A DNA stretch of 64,000 nt, taken from assembly GCA_000146465.1 (NCBI GenBank), contig CP001949.1; one strand, given 5' to 3'. A model generated the notes under the pieces. It saw only the letters and a list, made by a program, of their open reading frames with translations, ran no database searches and was not told the origin of the DNA. A program made the translations under genes and the position numbers. Positions 39,846-49,202 of the stretch are shown here, one piece after another. Positions within the stretch are counted from its first letter, which is position 1; each line of letters begins with the position of its first letter.

Positions 39846-41294
39846 TTATTTCTTTCTCAGAATGGAACCTTCATTATTGTCCTCAATAATATATCCATGA
39901 TCTTTAATGCTTTCTCGTATCCAATCGCATTTTTTAAGAAAGGAAGAATAGGGTTCCTTTTGTCTTGCCATTCTTCTGATGTTTTCTCTGAAGTCTCCAA
40001 GCAACTGTGCAATCGAGTCCTCCTTGGAAGAGGTCTGGGCCTCCACTTCATTCAGCCCGAATACTTCCATGATTTCTTTGATGTAATCCTTAACAACAAG
40101 AACCGTCGATGACGATATATCTTTCATCCTTGAGTTTGTAAAGTTTATCATTTCCACAATCTTCTTCATCACTGTAGGAGTATCAATGTTATCAAGAATT
40201 GAGTTATGAATGACCTTCTGAACATTTTTAAGCTCGCCCAGAACCTCTCTGTCGGCATCCTCCAGGGTCTTGAATTCCAAAGTGTTTTTTCTCATACTTT
40301 CTGCCACAGACATAAAGTTGAATATCTTTTTCTCGATGCTTTCTGCAAACTTCAGATGTTCTCTTTCATAGTTCATATCCTTGTTCCATTGGTGGTGGAG
40401 AAACAGAATCCTTAGCTGCCGGGGAGAAATCACCTCCAAAGCTTCTTTAATTGTTGTAAAGTTCTTCAAGGATTTGGACATCTTCAGTCCATCAATGTTC
40501 AAATGCCCTGTATGAAGAAAACATTTCACCCAAGGTTCCTTCATGAAGTAGGCCTGGCACTGTGCTATTTCGTTCTCATGGTGGGGGAAGGCAAGATCAA
40601 TCCCTCCGGCATGTATGTCAAGATCTTCTCCAAGAATATCACTAGACATCACGCTGCATTCAATATGCCATCCTGGTCTTCCGTATCCCCATTTCGACTC
40701 ATACCTCGGCTCGTTTTCCTTTGACTTTTTCCATAGTACAAAGTCACATGGATTTCTTTTGTCTTTGTTTTCGTCTCCTTCGGTGTTTATCCCGTCCTTA
40801 TTCTTGAACAGTGGATAACCGTGTTTATCCTGATACTTGTTCAGGTTGAAATATACACTTCCCTCACTCTCATAAGCAAATCCATTTACCTCCAGTTTCT
40901 CGATAAATTTTATAATCTTATCAACATAAGACGTCACAAATGTAACAAACGAAGGGGGACGCACATTCAGGGCTTTCATGTCTTCAAAAAACTCCTCTGT
41001 GTATTTCCTAGTAACCTCGTCCATGGAGACCCCTGTTTCATTCGCCCTGACTATTATCTTGTCGTCGATGTCTGTTATGTTCATCACAAAATTCACATTG
41101 TATCTCAGATAATCGCTTAGGACACGCCTTATCACATCAAACATCACATAGGTTCTTGCATGTCCTATATGTGGAGAGTCGTACACCGTCGGCCCACATA
41201 TATACATCTTCACCTCATTGTCTCTTCTGGGTATAAAGACTTCGCTGGTCTTACTGATCGAATTGTAGAGCTTTAAAGTCCTATCCATGGTCAT
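39846..41294 (-). CDS. cysteinyl-tRNA synthetase
   Basis: Class I HIGH (SPHIGHARTY) and KMSKS motifs; CGPTVYD; WHIECS zinc/cysteine-binding region. Confidence 0.9.
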   Translation of the reverse strand: MTMDRTLKLYNSISKTSEVFIPRRDNEVKMYICGPTVYDSPHIGHARTYVMFDVIRRVLSDYLRYNVNFVMNITDIDDKIIVRANETGVSMDEVTRKYTEEFFEDMKALNVRPPSFVTFVTSYVDKIIKFIEKLEVNGFAYESEGSVYFNLNKYQDKHGYPLFKNKDGINTEGDENKDKRNPCDFVLWKKSKENEPRYESKWGYGRPGWHIECSVMSSDILGEDLDIHAGGIDLAFPHHENEIAQCQAYFMKEPWVKCFLHTGHLNIDGLKMSKSLKNFTTIKEALEVISPRQLRILFLHHQWNKDMNYEREHLKFAESIEKKIFNFMSVAESMRKNTLEFKTLEDADREVLGELKNVQKVIHNSILDNIDTPTVMKKIVEMINFTNSRMKDISSSTVLVVKDYIKEIMEVFGLNEVEAQTSSKEDSIAQLLGDFRENIRRMARQKEPYSSFLKKCDWIRESIKDHGYIIEDNNEGSILRKK

Positions 41295-41362
41295 CGGGGC
41301 TTGGCCTAATTTTACATTTCAAACTTTGAAGAATTTAATTGTCTCTATTTCCAGAATATTTT

Positions 41363-41518
41363 CTATGAAAGATTCCTGCTATTCTTCCAATCAACATTCC
41401 TCATTTTGTTTTCCATTTCCTCTTTCACCACACACTGTTTAATTTCCTCAGCCAGCCTCTCCTTTTCATAAGTACAAAATACTCGGAAACATTTTTTTTC
41501 CGGGTTGTTCTTTGTCAT
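41363..41518 (-). CDS. candidate small ORF (51 aa, Cys-containing)
   Basis: ATG..TAG ORF MTKNNPEKKCFRVFCTYEKERLAEEIKQCVVKEEMENKMRNVDWKNSRNLS in a 270-bp spacer; no homology recognised. Confidence 0.15.
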   Translation of the reverse strand: MTKNNPEKKCFRVFCTYEKERLAEEIKQCVVKEEMENKMRNVDWKNSRNLS

Positions 41519-41562
41519 CTTATGGGCTTCTTCAAACCCACGCTCTTTATTTTGCTCAGGAC

Positions 41563-42288
41563 TTAGCCTCTATAAACAATCTCGTCTTTACTCACAAGAT
41601 CTATAATATCTCCTGGCCTTGTAACATCAGCTGTGCTTGCCTTGGGATTCAGAACAACTCCGTTTCTAACCAAAAGGTCTCCTTCAAATCCCATCTCTCC
41701 AAGCCGTTCGAAAATTCCTTCAACCGAAAGCTCCTTAGAAACGCTGAGTTCAACTACTTTAGCGTAGTCAACATTTATTTTCAGCCTAATTCCTGCTTCT
41801 CTCGAAGTCTGCCCCTGCCTATGAATCATAATCCAATGGCTTTCGTCAAATCCTATCTCTTCTAGCGTTAGATGCCTTGATATAGGAACCGACTTGTACT
41901 TCATCTTTATTGGAGAATCTTCCCTATGGTAAACCTTATATATGTCCTCTAATGTATCTGTACTCTTTAGATGGAATATTCTCTCCAGGCCCTGGTCAAC
42001 AACCGTTACTCTGCACAGTCCTTTTCCTCTGTAGGAGTCATCCTTAAGCCTTTTTCTATCATCTTCATCATTCGGGTTTTCTTCTACAGCTCGCTTTCTT
42101 CCTTTCCTAGAAGATTCAGCTCTTCCAGATCCTTTTCTTCTCTCATTGGGCAATTTCCTGCCTTCTCTAACAATCTCCACTATGCTTACCTCATCGCTAT
42201 CATGATCCACTCTCTCGGCAAGAACTATTTCACTAGAAGAATCGTCTCCCATCGACTCGAGGATGACTGAAGATATGAAAAAAATCAT
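41563..42288 (-). CDS. protein with tandem ubiquitin/SUMO-like domains (Rad60/Esc2-like architecture)
   Basis: Disordered basic/acidic N-terminus, then two ~70-aa beta-grasp-like segments (CRVTVVDQGLERIFHLKSTDTLEDIYKVY.. and IRLKINVDYAKVVELSVSKELSVEGIFERL..); architecture-level inference only. Confidence 0.35.
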   Translation of the reverse strand: MIFFISSVILESMGDDSSSEIVLAERVDHDSDEVSIVEIVREGRKLPNERRKGSGRAESSRKGRKRAVEENPNDEDDRKRLKDDSYRGKGLCRVTVVDQGLERIFHLKSTDTLEDIYKVYHREDSPIKMKYKSVPISRHLTLEEIGFDESHWIMIHRQGQTSREAGIRLKINVDYAKVVELSVSKELSVEGIFERLGEMGFEGDLLVRNGVVLNPKASTADVTRPGDIIDLVSKDEIVYRG

Positions 42289-42646
42289 AAGCGATGTGGA
42301 AGTAAGCTCGAACCAGCCTCAGGCATGGTGCATGTTTGACTCAAACGAAGACACATGTTGGTTTTCAGGCCATGGAGGCCAACAAGACATAAACATTTAC
42401 CTTAAGCAAGCAGTATATGTGCAAAGAGTTCGAATACTCTTTCAAAGAGGATTCCATTGCACAAAGGGAAAAGGGTGTATGATTCTGAATAACTCCCGTG
42501 ATTATAAAGAAATAGAATTTCAAGACGGAGGAAGTACAGGAAGTCTGGATATTAACCAAACTGGGGACCATATCAAGATAGTTCTGGAGAGAGGTGCAGA
42601 CATGTACGGTAGATATTGTATCTATAAACTTAGCTTTGACTTGTAG
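42263..42646 (+). CDS. DOC-domain protein, APC10/Doc1-like
   Basis: AWCMFDSNEDTCWFSGHGGQQDINIYLKQAVYVQRVRI matches the APC10 core VWSLSS...[33 protein letters not shown]. Confidence 0.4.
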   Translation: MTEDMKKIISDVEVSSNQPQAWCMFDSNEDTCWFSGHGGQQDINIYLKQAVYVQRVRILFQRGFHCTKGKGCMILNNSRDYKEIEFQDGGSTGSLDINQTGDHIKIVLERGADMYGRYCIYKLSFDL

Positions 42647-42701
42647 CATTGGGATTATCTTGGGCCTGGGTATTTACATGAGAAACATCTTGCCCTTTAG
42701 A

Positions 42702-43940
42702 ATGAGAATAGTGGTTAAGAATCTTCCAGAATCCACAACTAAGGAAGAAATCGAGAAGGAGTTTTCCAAACATGGAAAGATAACGGATGTGTTTATGGTT
42801 AACAATGAACAGGGCAAGTTCCGGAGAATATGTTTTATAGGGTACATAGAGGAAAAAGATGGAATGGAGGCAATAAAGTACAGAGACGGATCCATGTTTA
42901 AGAACCACAAGATAAGATGTGAGACTACAAAAGAAGATTCCTATGAAACAAGCGAATCTGAGGAAAGAATGATTAGATATTCTAGGAAAATATTCATTAG
43001 AAACATTCCTGCAGATGCGGACGAACGGTTTATCAGTGATGTATTTAAAGAGTATGGAGAGGTTGAGGAGGTTGGATTACTGCCTCGCCATGAGGGAAAG
43101 GGAGCATATGTTAAGTTTAGTAAAGGAGAGTGTGCATTGGAGGCATACAGAAAAGTAAAGCTTATCGGAGGAGTAAAGCCAAGAATGCGCCCATGGAAAG
43201 ATAGAGGCGAAAAACGTGAGCACGAGCATTACAATACATTGTTCTTTAACTTCGAGTCGGTTGTGAAGAAGATATGCGAAAGCGAAAGGATTGGAATCAA
43301 GGATCTTGTCGATGTTAACGATAAAGATCTTGGGGCTCGGATGGCTCGTGCCGAAACACATCTGGTCCAGGAAACCAAGGAGTTTCTTGAGAACAATGGG
43401 ATCTATCTCGATCATCTTACCGGCTCTGTCGACAGGAAAAAGCTGATAGTCCGGAATATGGAACTTATGAAGTGCTTGGACCTTGTAGACAATGGTTGCA
43501 AGATTAGTATTGCACCTTCAAAGTGCCTTGCACTTCTTAAGTTTGATTCTGAGGAAGATGCCAAAAGGTGTTACAAAAAGCTGAGTCTGAGAAGGATGAG
43601 GGAGCATGTTATCTATTGCGAGTATGCACCCATATGCAATGCTCCGAGTAAAAGAGAAGAGCCACCTAAAGAACACACAGAAAAGAAGAGTAGAAAGGGC
43701 ACAAACAAGCTTCTTATCAGAAATGTTCCGTTCCAAGCCTCCAAAGAAGATGTTAGGAAGATATTTGATTCATTCCATGTGGTAAATGTCCGTATTCCTG
43801 TGAAGAGAGAAGGGACTAGCCGAGGATTTTGTTTTGTAACATTCCAGTCGCCCGAAGAAGTTTCTGCAGCCATTGAGTATTTTGGAAGCAGCACACATTT
43901 GTACGGGAGGCGTCTTGTTCTCGAAAAGGCAAAATCCTAG
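42702..43940 (+). CDS. multi-RRM RNA-binding protein, Mrd1/RBM19-like (ribosome biogenesis)
   Basis: At least three RRMs (RIVVKNLPEST.., KIFIRNIPADAD.., KLLIRNVPFQASKEDVRKIFDSFHVVNVRIP...SRGFCFVTF); the last RRM resembles the Mrd1 C-terminal RRM; ATG at 42702 follows CCC. Confidence 0.55.
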   Translation: MRIVVKNLPESTTKEEIEKEFSKHGKITDVFMVNNEQGKFRRICFIGYIEEKDGMEAIKYRDGSMFKNHKIRCETTKEDSYETSESEERMIRYSRKIFIRNIPADADERFISDVFKEYGEVEEVGLLPRHEGKGAYVKFSKGECALEAYRKVKLIGGVKPRMRPWKDRGEKREHEHYNTLFFNFESVVKKICESERIGIKDLVDVNDKDLGARMARAETHLVQETKEFLENNGIYLDHLTGSVDRKKLIVRNMELMKCLDLVDNGCKISIAPSKCLALLKFDSEEDAKRCYKKLSLRRMREHVIYCEYAPICNAPSKREEPPKEHTEKKSRKGTNKLLIRNVPFQASKEDVRKIFDSFHVVNVRIPVKREGTSRGFCFVTFQSPEEVSAAIEYFGSSTHLYGRRLVLEKAKS

Positions 43941-43959
43941 TTTTGATAGAAAATTGACT

Positions 43960-45600
43960 ATGGATCCAATAAAATTTAAACCCTTAATGAAAAGTGTAAT
44001 GAAAACAGCAAAACAAAAAATACTGTCTCTGATATCCAGTAGCTTTCTCCTATTCACAATGACTTCATTAGACCTACTTTCCTTTGGAACAAAGCTTCTA
44101 AGCACAGAGAACAGCCACAACAAGAATATTGGAAATGTAAGTGCCATGATGTTCCTCTACTCAACAATAGCTTCGCAGTTTGTGTTCGGTCTGTTTAGTA
44201 AACTGGGTGGAATCGCAGCAGGAGCCATATTTGAGGCACAAAAGGACACTCGAAGAATTCACAAGGTATGTTTCAAGATGTCATCCACCTTTGGAGAAGA
44301 AATTTCCACCACCTATGCATGCATCTTTCTTAGCACCATTCTGTTTGCTTTCTTCTCCTATGTTCTCAAGACACTCAAGATTGGAAGCAATCTTAAATAC
44401 ATCCCTATACCGGCTCTGTACGGGGTTATGGTATCCATAGGGGCAATGTCCATCGAATGTGGATTTGAGGAAGTGTATTCGATTACATGGAAGTATGTTC
44501 ATGTCTGCCTCGCCGTGACCATTGTCCTTGCACTTCTTGCAGTGGTCTTGGATATTTTGTTCCCTGAATATTTCCTGATGATTCCCATGTTCTCCTTTAG
44601 CATCTTTGCAGTGTTTTATCTAGTCTTTTTAGCTGCAGGAAAGGATATCGAATGGATGAAATCTGTGGGTCTTATTCCAAAAGCCGGAGGAATTGATCTC
44701 AACCCCCTTGAAACTCTGAAGCATCTCAAGATAGAAAATATAAAAATAGAGGCAGTTAAGGCCAACTTGATGAACATCCTTGGATTATCTTTATTCAATT
44801 TAGTTCACATAGCTGTGAATGTACCGAGTTTTGCAGAGACTTTTGGTATAAATGCAGACTTGAATAAGGAGCTAGGAGTCCAGTCGATCGGGAACATTGT
44901 ATCTGCATTCTTTGGATATCCAACCTATTTTATATGCTCTACATCCATCTACTTCAACAAATCAGGAGGAAGATCCAGAATCCACTCTTTTGTGGGCGCA
45001 ATTGCCATGTCCTCCCTTCTGGTTATCGGAGGACCCATAAGAGAAAGAATTCCTACTATTCTCTCAGGAACGATCCCTATGTTCATAGGATTTGGCTTCC
45101 TGTATTCATATCTATGGACTCCTATACTCAAACTGTCCTGGGTGGATCTACTGACGCTAGTAATGTCCAGCGTTGTGTCATGGTTCTTAACACCAATATT
45201 CGGACTCGTGTTTGGAATGCTTTTTAACTCCTTCTTTGTCCTGTGGTCTCATCTATTCACAACAAAGGTCTTCCATTCGAAGCTGGGAGAGACCATAAGG
45301 ATATCAAGAGAAACAACAGAAGAAATGTACAGAGTAGTGGACCTTGGCCCTCTAACTTCTTTTGGAAATCTAAGTGAATCTGTCAAGGCAATGAAAGTCC
45401 TTTGCAAGGAAAATGTCCTTTTCGACCTCAGGTCTTGTATGTATTTCGGAGCCAATGCAAATATGGCTCTTGAAGAGGTTGCTGGAGCAATAGAAGAAAA
45501 TGGAAACCAAGTATTGATGATCGGTAGTCCACAGAATCTTTATACCCATCTGTTCTCTAAATACATGGCCGATTTGCCTGAATCGGAACTTAGCAGGTAA
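43960..45600 (+). CDS. SLC26/SulP-family anion transporter with C-terminal STAS domain
   Basis: About 10 hydrophobic helices, then a STAS-like VVDLGPLTSFGNLSESVKAMKV...VLFDLRSCMYFGANANMALEEVAGAIEENGNQVLMIG. Confidence 0.55.
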   Translation: MDPIKFKPLMKSVMKTAKQKILSLISSSFLLFTMTSLDLLSFGTKLLSTENSHNKNIGNVSAMMFLYSTIASQFVFGLFSKLGGIAAGAIFEAQKDTRRIHKVCFKMSSTFGEEISTTYACIFLSTILFAFFSYVLKTLKIGSNLKYIPIPALYGVMVSIGAMSIECGFEEVYSITWKYVHVCLAVTIVLALLAVVLDILFPEYFLMIPMFSFSIFAVFYLVFLAAGKDIEWMKSVGLIPKAGGIDLNPLETLKHLKIENIKIEAVKANLMNILGLSLFNLVHIAVNVPSFAETFGINADLNKELGVQSIGNIVSAFFGYPTYFICSTSIYFNKSGGRSRIHSFVGAIAMSSLLVIGGPIRERIPTILSGTIPMFIGFGFLYSYLWTPILKLSWVDLLTLVMSSVVSWFLTPIFGLVFGMLFNSFFVLWSHLFTTKVFHSKLGETIRISRETTEEMYRVVDLGPLTSFGNLSESVKAMKVLCKENVLFDLRSCMYFGANANMALEEVAGAIEENGNQVLMIGSPQNLYTHLFSKYMADLPESELSR

Positions 45601-45754
45601 ATTAGCAATACTAAATATTTCTTGAATATGCGGAAATCCCTCTTTCTTAAACTTGCATAAATTTCTTATGCTGATACTCCTACCAATGAAAAGTTATCAA
45701 TTAGCTTTCTCATTGCTGTCTTTTCCATATTAGGAAGATCCACAAATATAAATA

Positions 45755-46597
45755 ATGATTTATAACAACCCTGTATCAAAAATGATGATGAAAGAGGGAA
45801 AAAATATCACAAATCTTCTTTTAGGCTTTGATTGCATTTTTGCATTCTTATCAATTATTGGATGTACACTTGGAATACTTGGGTTATTTGTGGATAGGTT
45901 AAAAACAATATCTCAACATGGATTAATAGGAATTTTTGCTTTGGCATCCCTGGGACTTCTGTGGAGCTTTGCCAATTCTTTGCACAAGAAGATCGAAAGC
46001 CCTTTCTTTGAAAAGAAAGGAGGATTCCTCAATCCGGCCATTTTATTGTCTCTTATCGAGATGGTTGTGATGCTGCTTTGTATCAAGGCTGTGCTCTTCT
46101 ATCCCTCCAGCTGTTCTTTAACGTGTGAGGACAGTAAAGTTTGCAAATTTGGGTTTCTTGGAGCAATCTTTATGCCTTATGTCTTCAATGAGTGCATAAG
46201 GCAACTGCTAGGCTCTGGCAAAAGCCGAAAGCAAGATACAGTGATCTTGGGGATTCTAATTCTGGGATGCTTGGTAATGGCAGGACTAATTGGCCTTGAC
46301 ATTAAGATGAAGAAAAACTACACTTCGATAGGAATCTTTAGTATTGGCGTGCTGTCATTACTTGTTCGCCTTGCTTTCATTGGAGAAAATGAAAACACTG
46401 AATCTTCCGATGACTCTGAAGATGAGGGGCTCAAAGAAGATCCCAAATACATCGGAATGGTTACTACACTTATGCTGGTAACACTGATATTTGCCAGGTC
46501 TCATCGTATTCTATTTAGCAAGGATGGAACCACCCTATTTGATTCCCTCAAATCTCTTAATCTCCTAGGATTGAAGGCCGGAAGCCAGGCCAGTTGA
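45755..46597 (+). CDS. multi-pass membrane protein (hypothetical)
   Basis: 6-7 hydrophobic helices and an acidic loop SSDDSEDEG; no family assigned. Confidence 0.4.
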   Translation: MIYNNPVSKMMMKEGKNITNLLLGFDCIFAFLSIIGCTLGILGLFVDRLKTISQHGLIGIFALASLGLLWSFANSLHKKIESPFFEKKGGFLNPAILLSLIEMVVMLLCIKAVLFYPSSCSLTCEDSKVCKFGFLGAIFMPYVFNECIRQLLGSGKSRKQDTVILGILILGCLVMAGLIGLDIKMKKNYTSIGIFSIGVLSLLVRLAFIGENENTESSDDSEDEGLKEDPKYIGMVTTLMLVTLIFARSHRILFSKDGTTLFDSLKSLNLLGLKAGSQAS

Positions 46598-46700
46598 ACT
46601 TGATGGGAGGAGGAGAGACATTAATGGTAAAAATGAGGATGGAAGAAAGGGGTCCTTATAATTAAAAATTTAATTGAATGTCTCTTCTTTTCTCCCGAAT

Positions 46701-46973
46701 TCACAAGTTTTGCTGGAGTTCCATTTCACCTTTCTCTGGCTTACTGAGAATTTCTATATCCATAACAAAATCTCCCCTGGCCATCACCAGCCCCAAGACT
46801 CTACGTCTAGGCTCTTTGCTACCTCTTGCATTCCGGAATTCCTCGCTGTCATCAAGAACTACATTTACATCCTCGTCAACAGATAGCATGGTTCCCTCCA
46901 TCCATCTCCCATCCTTCATTTTAACCTTTACTCTATAGTTCACGTACTTTCCCAAACTCAGACCCATGGGCAA
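46701..46973 (-). CDS. Sm core protein, SmB-like
   Basis: Sm1 YRVKVKMKDGRWMEGTMLSVDEDVNVVLDDSEEFR and Sm2 RRVLGLVMARGDFVMDIEI; compare the SmB EFRK....EKRVLGLVLLRGENLVS. Confidence 0.6.
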   Translation of the reverse strand: MPMGLSLGKYVNYRVKVKMKDGRWMEGTMLSVDEDVNVVLDDSEEFRNARGSKEPRRRVLGLVMARGDFVMDIEILSKPEKGEMELQQNL

Positions 46974-47003
46974 GAGCCTTGGCGGAGAGAAAATAGGAAG
47001 AAA

Positions 47004-48695
47004 TCACATTTTATTCAAAGGTGTAGCTCCAAGGATTTTTAGTCCGTTATGAAGAACGATCCTTGCAGAAGACAGAACAAGGAGTCGAGCTCTGGCAAGT
47101 TCCTTCTCCACACCTAGAACCTTTAGGCTATTGATTGCGACATTGACGCAGCTAGCAAGATCTTGAAGATATGTGACGATTCTCGAAGGCTCGTAGTCGT
47201 CCAGACACTTTTCAACAGCATGCTCAAACCACAGGAGCTTGTAGACAAGATTGAAAACCTCTGGAACATGAATAAGGCTAAAGTCGATCGTGTTGATATC
47301 GCTGTAGTCAACATCGCTGTTCCTGGATTCGATGCTCTTCAGTCTGCAATGAGCATACTGCAAGTACGGCCCTGTTCCAGAGGTGTTTCTTGCCCTCTTT
47401 TCAATGTCAAACTCATATCCCTTAACTCTTCTAGCAGTAAAATCCATTACTAGAAGTGTTGATATGGCAAGGACTTCGGCAGTCTGGTCAATCTCGTCCA
47501 TTGTAAACGAGTTCTTGGTACTATCCGACATCATGACCTTCTTCATGACACTTGTAGATTCTTGGATTATGTCCTCGAGGAATTGGGCCTTTCCGGCTCT
47601 TGTAGACATCCCAGCAACCAATCCGTAGCTTACATGCAAGAATTTGCTTTCGTCGTGCCCAAGAATCCCAAGAATCTTGAAGAGATCTTCAAAGTGTTTG
47701 TTCTGCTCGGTCGACACAACGTAGATGATCTTTTCAGGAGAATATTTCTCAAGTCTTTCAATTGCGGCAGCAATATCTCTTGTTATGTAGAGTGTCGTTC
47801 CATCGTTCTTCATCACAAGTACCTTTCTGTTTTTTCCAAGATCAAATACCTTGGACCCGTCCTCATCTGTCTTGACTTCCTTATACGCCTCAACTATCTC
47901 TTTCCCCTTTTTGTTGTACAGGCTTTCTCCGGAATAGACATCGAATCTCACATTCAATCTTTCATAGAGACTCTTGTATTTTTCAACACTCAGCTCCCGG
48001 AATCTTTTCCAGAGATTCATGCACCATTCGTCGTTTTCCTCCTCCATCTTCCTGAAGATCTCTCTGGCCTCCAGATCAACTTCTGGGTTTTCCTTTGCAT
48101 CGGCGCTTATCTTCACATAGACATTGAACAGATGCTTGAGAGGGTCTTTCTCCAGCTCCTCTTCACTTCCATACTTACTGTATCCAAGGAGTACAAAGCC
48201 AAATTGTTTTCCCCAATCTCCAAAGTAGTTCATACTGACTGTCTCGTATCCAGATGCCTTCAGTAAGTTTACGATAAACTGGCCTAATATTGTTGTTCTC
48301 AGATGTCCTATGTGGAAAATCTTTGCAATGTTGGGGCTACTGTATTCCACCACCATTCGTTTGCCTTTTCCAATGCTATTGTTTCCAAATGTCTCCTTGT
48401 TACTTTGGATATAACCAAGAACATCCTTGAGTATTGCCTTCTTGTTAATGTCAAAGCACACCGAAGGTCCTCTTATGGCCAGGTTTTGAATCAGCTCGAT
48501 GCTTGCCTTTTCAAGCGCTTCATGAAGCTCCTTAGCATCTTCCTGTGGAGAGGACGATATTTTAATGAGGAAAAGAGTAACATTTGGCTTCTTTGGCTGG
48601 CAGGACTTTTCCATACATCTCTCGATTTCCTCTGGACTGAACTTTGAGACATTGGATACTTGTTCCACAACTTTTTTAAAAAGCTCGTTAAACAT
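47004..48695 (-). CDS. arginyl-tRNA synthetase
   Basis: VEYSSPNIAKIFHIGHLRTT (HIGH) and a KMSKS-equivalent GMSTRAGK; C-terminal DALR anticodon-binding-like region. Confidence 0.85.
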   Translation of the reverse strand: MFNELFKKVVEQVSNVSKFSPEEIERCMEKSCQPKKPNVTLFLIKISSSPQEDAKELHEALEKASIELIQNLAIRGPSVCFDINKKAILKDVLGYIQSNKETFGNNSIGKGKRMVVEYSSPNIAKIFHIGHLRTTILGQFIVNLLKASGYETVSMNYFGDWGKQFGFVLLGYSKYGSEEELEKDPLKHLFNVYVKISADAKENPEVDLEAREIFRKMEEENDEWCMNLWKRFRELSVEKYKSLYERLNVRFDVYSGESLYNKKGKEIVEAYKEVKTDEDGSKVFDLGKNRKVLVMKNDGTTLYITRDIAAAIERLEKYSPEKIIYVVSTEQNKHFEDLFKILGILGHDESKFLHVSYGLVAGMSTRAGKAQFLEDIIQESTSVMKKVMMSDSTKNSFTMDEIDQTAEVLAISTLLVMDFTARRVKGYEFDIEKRARNTSGTGPYLQYAHCRLKSIESRNSDVDYSDINTIDFSLIHVPEVFNLVYKLLWFEHAVEKCLDDYEPSRIVTYLQDLASCVNVAINSLKVLGVEKELARARLLVLSSARIVLHNGLKILGATPLNKM

Positions 48696-48772
48696 TTTGA
48701 AGGGTATATTCCTTCTGCTGGTTTTGCAGGGATGAAAAGGCTCTCAAAGCAAAGGAAAGAAAAAAGCATTAG

Positions 48773-48780
48773 AAAAAAAA
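48773..48780 (-). terminator. oligo(T) Pol III terminator of U6 (A8 on the + strand)
   Basis: T8 run directly 3' of the U6 body on the minus strand. Confidence 0.6.
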
Positions 48781-48892
48781 GCCGAATCTACATCCGGCAA
48801 CCTCTCAAGTTATACATGTCGTCCTTACGCAGGGGCCATGCTAATCTTCTCTGTGTTGTTCCAAATCAATGGCGGTAGAAAACTACAACCCT
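48776..48892 (-). ncRNA. U6 spliceosomal snRNA
   Basis: Minus strand reads ..GAUUUGGAACAACACAGAGAAGAUUAGCAUGGCCCCUGCGUAAGGACGACAUG...GGAUGUAGAUUCGGCUUUUUUUU; contains the invariant ACAGAGA box, the AGC triad and GAUUAGCAUGGCCCCUGCG almost identical to human/yeast U6; a 5' stem-loop GUAGUUUUCUAC precedes it and U8 follows. Confidence 0.75.
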
Positions 48893-48899
48893 TCCCTGC

Positions 48900-48916
48900 G
48901 AGATTTTTTTTATCCA
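48900..48916 (-). promoter_or_regulatory. A-rich TATA-like element about 10-25 nt upstream of the U6 start (minus strand GGATAAAAAAAAATCTC)
   Basis: Position and composition only. Confidence 0.3.
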
Positions 48917-49202
48917 TTCAGTTTCCTCCCGTATTAATTAAGCGGCCATGTGTTTGGTGGATTTTTGTTCGGAGGCCGAAAGCAAAAAAAGAATTGGTAT
49001 GGAAAATAGGAGACGTGGCAAATTTCATTGGTAACTAGGTCATTAAAAGTTTCGGCCTGTCACATCACAAAGGGAGAAAGATGAAACAGGAAGCAGGCGA
49101 TTTTAGATTATGGGTTGAGAATGTTGTTTCAAGAACAGTATCCAAAGCAGGTATAAACGAGGTGTCTCTTCCAGACTCTGAATCAAAGATCTATGTGTTC
49201 CG

